Assembly (NCBI GenBank): GCA_039715015.1 | Contig: JBDLIE010000002.1 | Span: forward strand, 1-64,000 | Length of the DNA: 64,000 nt | From: Thermodesulfobacteriota bacterium | GTDB lineage: Bacteria; Desulfobacterota; Desulfobulbia; Desulfobulbales; SURF-16 | Direction: 5' to 3' | Shown: piece after piece, positions 59,503-64,000 of the stretch | Numbering within the stretch: position 1 is the stretch's first letter | Layout of the letters: every line of letters starts with the position of its first letter | Program-made: the position numbers and the translations under genes | The notes under the pieces: model-generated | Told to the model about the DNA's origin: nothing | Databases searched by the model: none | Seen by the model: only the letters and a program-made list of their open reading frames with translations

Positions 59503-61026
59503 ATGCTAGCAAAAATTCATACCATAGCCCTGTGCGGGGTTGACGGTCTTGCCGTGGAAGTCGAGGTGGATATCGCCAATGGCCTCCCCACCTTTTCAAC
59601 TGTAGGGCTTGCTGAAGGCGCTGTACGGGAAAGCAAAGATCGAGTCAAGGCTGCCATCAAAAATAGCGGCTACAATTTCCCTAACCGTCGTATCACGGTA
59701 AACCTTGCCCCGGCCGATGTCAAAAAGGCCGGCACCAGTTATGACCTGCCCATTGCCATAGGCATCTTGGCCTCAAATGATTGCTTCAATCAGGACAAGC
59801 TTGGCTCCATGGCCCTTGCCGGGGAACTTTCACTAGATGGTCAGCTACGTGCAGTTCAAGGAATCCTGCCCATGGTTACAGCGGCTCGGGAACAGGGTAA
59901 AAAAGCTATTCTGGTGCCTAAAGCCAATTGCCAGGAGGCTGCTATGGTTGCAGGCATTGATGTCTATGGCCTTGGTTCCCTTGATCAGGCCGTTGAATTT
60001 CTTGCTGACCGCCTTGAACTTACTACAAGCGAGGCAGACCGTGCTCCCGGCGCCACTCTAGCAAACGATCTTGATTTTCTCGATGTCAAAGGTCAGGATC
60101 ACGTCAAACGGGCCATGGAGGTTGCTGCGGCAGGCAGCCATAATATCCTTCTTAACGGCAGTCCAGGCAGTGGCAAAACCATGCTTGCCAAACGCTTTGC
60201 CACCATCTTGCCCGATCCTACTTTTGAGGAGTCCCTTGAGACAACTAAGGTGTATTCAATCATGGGCCTCCTTGCGCCTGATCAGGGCTTGGTAACCCAA
60301 CGCCCCTTCAGAGCACCCCACCATACAATATCTGATGCAGGCCTCATCGGTGGCGGTAATCAGCCACGGCCCGGCGAGGTTTCCTTAGCCCATAACGGGG
60401 TGCTCTTCTTGGATGAATTTCCTGAGTACAAGAAACATGTCCTTGAAGTGCTGCGTCAACCCATGGAGGATGGTTCTGTGACCATCTCCCGGGCATCAAG
60501 CTCTCTTCAATTTCCGGCCCGTTTCATGCTGGTGGCGGCGATGAACCCCTGTCCTTGTGGCCACCTAGGTGATCATCTGCACGGCTGCAACTGCACCCCC
60601 CTCCAGATTAAACGTTATAACGACAAACTTTCCGGCCCACTTCTTGACCGTATTGACATCCACCTTGAGGTGCCGGCAGTACCGTTTAAGGAGATGACCC
60701 ATGGTCTTGAGGGAGAAAGCTCGGCAACCATCAGAACAAGGGTAATTGCTGCCCGAGCTCGCCAGACCGCGCGTTTCCATAGACATAAAAGGACCTATGC
60801 TAATAGTCAGATGTCCAGCCGCGATCTGAAAAAATATTGTGAACTTAACCAGCCAAGCCTTAGTCTATTAGAACAAGGAATGGAGCGTCTTGGTCTTTCG
60901 GCTCGCGCCTACAACCGTATTTTAAAGATATCCCGCACCATTGCCGACCTCGCCGACAAAGATCAGATTAGCCCGGGCCATATTGCCGAGGCTCTTCAAT
61001 ATCGGCGTATTGACCGGAGAACTTAA
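59503..61026 (+). CDS. comM: YifB/ComM family Mg-chelatase-like AAA+ ATPase
   Basis: RITVNLAPAD, GSPGSGKTMLA, RPFRAPHHT, GEVSLAHNGVLFLDE, NPCPCG, LSARAYNRILK. Confidence 0.93.
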   Translation: MLAKIHTIALCGVDGLAVEVEVDIANGLPTFSTVGLAEGAVRESKDRVKAAIKNSGYNFPNRRITVNLAPADVKKAGTSYDLPIAIGILASNDCFNQDKLGSMALAGELSLDGQLRAVQGILPMVTAAREQGKKAILVPKANCQEAAMVAGIDVYGLGSLDQAVEFLADRLELTTSEADRAPGATLANDLDFLDVKGQDHVKRAMEVAAAGSHNILLNGSPGSGKTMLAKRFATILPDPTFEESLETTKVYSIMGLLAPDQGLVTQRPFRAPHHTISDAGLIGGGNQPRPGEVSLAHNGVLFLDEFPEYKKHVLEVLRQPMEDGSVTISRASSSLQFPARFMLVAAMNPCPCGHLGDHLHGCNCTPLQIKRYNDKLSGPLLDRIDIHLEVPAVPFKEMTHGLEGESSATIRTRVIAARARQTARFHRHKRTYANSQMSSRDLKKYCELNQPSLSLLEQGMERLGLSARAYNRILKISRTIADLADKDQISPGHIAEALQYRRIDRRT

Positions 61027-61045
61027 CACCTAGAGGATACCACCA

Positions 61046-61861
61046 ATGGCATCTTCCATACGCCCCCCTCGCTGGGCGGGCAGCTTCTACCCAGGTAATC
61101 CCGACAGCCTGCGTTCTCAAATTCAAGATCTCCACACACAGGCTGTGGCTGACAAGATCGACCTTGGAAATGATAAGCTCCGTGCCCTTGTTCTGCCCCA
61201 TGCCGGCTATATTTATTCCGGCTTCACTGCAGCACATGGCACAATCCAGTTACAAGAGCACCAGTTCCAAACCGTCTTCCTGCTTGGCCCGGCACACCAT
61301 GTGGGCGTAGTCGGCTCTGCTGTAAGTTCTGTTACGAGCTATCGCACCCCCCTGGGAGATATCCCCCTCTCTGCCATGGGAGAGAGGCTGCAAGAAAGTC
61401 ATCCCGACCTTTTTCAGGAAAACCTCTCTTCGGAACAAGCCGAACATTCCCTTGAGGTTATCCTTCCTTTTCTCCAAGAATCCTTAGGTGATTTCAGCCT
61501 CATGCCGCTGGTGGTCGGCCAGACCGACACCGAGAAAACTGCCCAGGCTCTTGCCCCTTTGCTCACCGAAGATGCCTTGGTGGTTATTTCAAGTGATCTT
61601 TCCCATTTCCTCGACTATGACGTTGCCGTAAAAAAGGATAAAGAGACCCTGGACGCCATCCTTGCTATGGATATGGCTTCCCTGCTTTATAACGATAACA
61701 AGGCCTGTGGCATGGTGGGCATCCAGATCCTCCTGGGCCTGGCCCGGTTAAAAAACTGGCAGCCCCGGCTTCTTCATTACAGCAATAGCGGCGATACATC
61801 TGGTGACCGCAGCAGGGTGGTGGGCTATGGTGCCATTGCCTTTACGGAGAACGTACAATGA
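61046..61861 (+). CDS. amrB: AmmeMemoRadiSam system protein B (MEMO1 family)
   Basis: AGSFYP, PHAGYIYSG, LGPAH, EHSLEV, SSDLSHF, NSGD...VVGY. Confidence 0.93.
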   Translation: MASSIRPPRWAGSFYPGNPDSLRSQIQDLHTQAVADKIDLGNDKLRALVLPHAGYIYSGFTAAHGTIQLQEHQFQTVFLLGPAHHVGVVGSAVSSVTSYRTPLGDIPLSAMGERLQESHPDLFQENLSSEQAEHSLEVILPFLQESLGDFSLMPLVVGQTDTEKTAQALAPLLTEDALVVISSDLSHFLDYDVAVKKDKETLDAILAMDMASLLYNDNKACGMVGIQILLGLARLKNWQPRLLHYSNSGDTSGDRSRVVGYGAIAFTENVQ

Positions 61862-62436
61862 GTGAGCTATCAGACCAACAAGGCGCAATACTTGTCAGGC
61901 TGGCCAGAGAAACTCTCATCAGCCTGCTGGGAGAAACGCATGAAGATACGTTTGACCAAAAGGTGTTGACTGATCCTATCTTCCAAGAAAAACGAGGCAT
62001 CTTTGTTACCTTGAAAAAAGGAGGCCAGTTAAGGGGTTGCATCGGTTCTCTCACCGCCTGCCAAACTCTTACTGAGGGTATTCGCAATCAGGCGGAAAAT
62101 GCTGCTTTCTACGACACGCGTTTTAACAGAGTGCAACGCCATGAACTTGCTGATATTAATCTAGAAATTTCCATCCTCAGCGAACCACAACCTCTTTTTT
62201 TTAGCGATCCGGAAGATCTGATCTGCAAACTAAGACCACATGTCGATGGGGTTATCCTCACCTGCGCCACATGCCACTCTACCTTTCTCCCCCAAGTCTG
62301 GGAACAGCTTCCTGATGTTGAAGATTTTCTCGCCCACCTATCCATGAAAGCTGGTCTCCCCAGGGAAGGCTGGAAAAATGACGGGGTTGAAATCGCCACC
62401 TACCAGGTCCAGCATTTTGATGAGCAAACATCGTAA
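61858..62436 (+). CDS. amrA: AmmeMemoRadiSam system protein A (AMMECR1 family)
   Basis: GIFVTL...LRGCIG, AAFYDTRF, EISILS, TFLPQVW, LSMKAG. Confidence 0.93.
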   Translation: MSELSDQQGAILVRLARETLISLLGETHEDTFDQKVLTDPIFQEKRGIFVTLKKGGQLRGCIGSLTACQTLTEGIRNQAENAAFYDTRFNRVQRHELADINLEISILSEPQPLFFSDPEDLICKLRPHVDGVILTCATCHSTFLPQVWEQLPDVEDFLAHLSMKAGLPREGWKNDGVEIATYQVQHFDEQTS

Positions 62437-62670
62437 ATATCGAACTCACCAAGAATTCTCAGCGGCATCCATTTAAAAACTTCTCTCACCGACGAAAACA
62501 ATTCACCAAAGAACTCTTAAGAGGCCGGACTTCATCTTGTGGTATCAAGGCGAACAACACTCTTCTGCGAAAATCACAACCCACCGAGCGCTTTCTTGAC
62601 AGGGCAGCCATTTTCTCCCTAAACTATTACCAATGCCCTTTACTCATCCCTTTTTTTCGGAGTTCTTTTC

Positions 62671-64000
62671 ATGAATTCATTGCGATTCACCATTAAGTTA
62701 AAAAGTCTTATTTTTACCGTTTTTCTCAGTATCATTATTCTCGTAACCATTTTTTTTGTGAGCCGCTCCATGCAACAGGTCGAACTGATCTGGACTAATT
62801 ACAACCAGCAATCCGTGGCCAAACTATCCTTGCTCAGTGAAATAAAATCTCAATTTGGCTATGGCGGCTTTATCCACAATTTCAAAAACTATGTACTCCG
62901 GGGCCAATCCAAATACATTGACCGCTTCAAAAACAATAGCTCTGTCATGGAAAAGGCCATTCAGCAGCTCAAAAAAATCAGCCCCAGTGACCATGAACAG
63001 CAGGCTATCAGAAAAATAGAGAGGGTTGCCAAGGCCTATAGCGACAATATGAAGATTGCTGCCTCCTTGGTGGCGCAGGGCAAGACTGCGACAGAAATTG
63101 ATAAGACCGTTAAGATTGATGATTCACCCGCCTTTGAGGGATTTAAGACCATCACCACCTCGATAGTGGCCGGCGAGACAAACAACTCAGCAGCCATGCA
63201 AAAGACCCTATCTTCCCTGCGCATCACAGCAACGATTGCCATTGCAATCCTCATTATTGCCATTGCCGCCTATCTTATCATGGTGCGCAGTGTGACCCTA
63301 CGCCTTCTACAGGTCACCTCTTTTACTAAAATACTGGGCCGGGGAGATTTTTCCAATGAGCTTACCGTCAAGGGTGACGATGAGTTACATGAAATGTCTG
63401 ACAGCCTTAACTCAGCTATTAACAGCCTTAACGATTCCATCAAGACAAATACCGCCATTTCTCAGGGACTTTCTGATGCGGCCAGCGGCCAGGCAGCAGC
63501 CCTGGAAGAAACCTCCTCCTCCCTGGAAGAGGTCAACGCCATGACCAAACAAAACTCCGAAAACACTGGTACCGCCCATCTAATGGTCAAACAGACGGGA
63601 CAGGGGGTTTCCCGTGCTGCAGACTCAATGGACAAAATCACCCGGGCCATGGATGGAATTTCAACTTCGAGTCAGGAGACATCCAAAATTATCAGGACCA
63701 TTGATGAAATTGCCTTCCAGACCAACCTGCTGGCCTTAAATGCAGCAGTAGAAGCAGCCCGGGCCGGTGAGGCAGGAGCAGGTTTTGCGGTTGTGGCAGA
63801 GGAGGTACGGAATCTGGCCATGCGCTCAGCTGAGGCGGCCAAGAGTACTGCTGAACTTCTGGAGGACACCATCAGCAAGGTTGGTGACGGCTCTAAACTT
63901 GTTACAGAAGCCCAGGAAGAATTCAGCGCCGTTGCCGCAGATATGGACAAAGTCTCCAATATTATAGATGAAATTACCACTGCCTCCGACGAACAGGCCC
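62671..64000 (+). CDS. Methyl-accepting chemotaxis protein (partial, runs off the window end)
   Basis: Open frame from ATG 62671: TM1, periplasmic domain with [19 protein letters not shown]2, [30 protein letters not shown]; no stop codon within the window, so missing from the ORF track. Confidence 0.92.
   Translation, partial: MNSLRFTIKLKSLIFTVFLSIIILVTIFFVSRSMQQVELIWTNYNQQSVAKLSLLSEIKSQFGYGGFIHNFKNYVLRGQSKYIDRFKNNSSVMEKAIQQLKKISPSDHEQQAIRKIERVAKAYSDNMKIAASLVAQGKTATEIDKTVKIDDSPAFEGFKTITTSIVAGETNNSAAMQKTLSSLRITATIAIAILIIAIAAYLIMVRSVTLRLLQVTSFTKILGRGDFSNELTVKGDDELHEMSDSLNSAINSLNDSIKTNTAISQGLSDAASGQAAALEETSSSLEEVNAMTKQNSENTGTAHLMVKQTGQGVSRAADSMDKITRAMDGISTSSQETSKIIRTIDEIAFQTNLLALNAAVEAARAGEAGAGFAVVAEEVRNLAMRSAEAAKSTAELLEDTISKVGDGSKLVTEAQEEFSAVAADMDKVSNIIDEITTASDEQA

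Noticed and set aside
62263..62277. CATCH (CxxCH) heme-c motif in AmrA
   Set aside because: Cytoplasmic protein with no signal peptide; the motif sits in a variable loop and is most likely chance
1..64000. CRISPR array, rRNA, prophage, integrase or intact IS
   Set aside because: No regularly spaced repeats, rRNA-like sequence, phage genes or complete transposase were seen by inspection

Overview
A 64 kb chromosomal segment. Gene content points to an anaerobic deltaproteobacterium (Desulfobacterota, probably Desulfobulbales-like); this is inference from the genes present. In order: (1) the end of a PEP-CTERM/exosortase exopolysaccharide locus (deacetylase, exosortase, EpsI, UDP-HexNAc epimerase, a PEP-CTERM protein with a sigma-54 promoter), then a Cys-rich PilZ protein, a PAS-type sigma-54 activator and a decayed IS3 remnant beside tRNA-Asp/tRNA-Val. 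(2) Housekeeping genes: tRNA-Leu-tig-clpP-clpX-lon, a MesB-like core methionine synthase, lysS-lolE-lolD-bamA-mfd-surA-rodZ-recO and a Bax-like glucosaminidase. (3) korDABC, an FKBP PPIase and a chemoreceptor with two apparently periplasmic CZB domains. (4) An 11-gene propionate/methylmalonyl-CoA cluster containing a Na+-translocating decarboxylase but no biotin carboxylase. (5) A TonB receptor-YfiR-like-kinase-hybrid kinase signalling cassette. (6) A divergent locus with two UGA-recoded selenoprotein genes that the ORF track truncates or misses: a secreted rhodanese (C-A-U) and an ArsC/Spx-like UxxC protein, each followed by a SECIS-like hairpin. They surround a bacterial cereblon gene and lie next to glucokinase, DedA, comM and AmmeMemoRadiSam A/B. 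(7) A second chemoreceptor running off the window end. No CRISPR array, rRNA or intact mobile element was seen.
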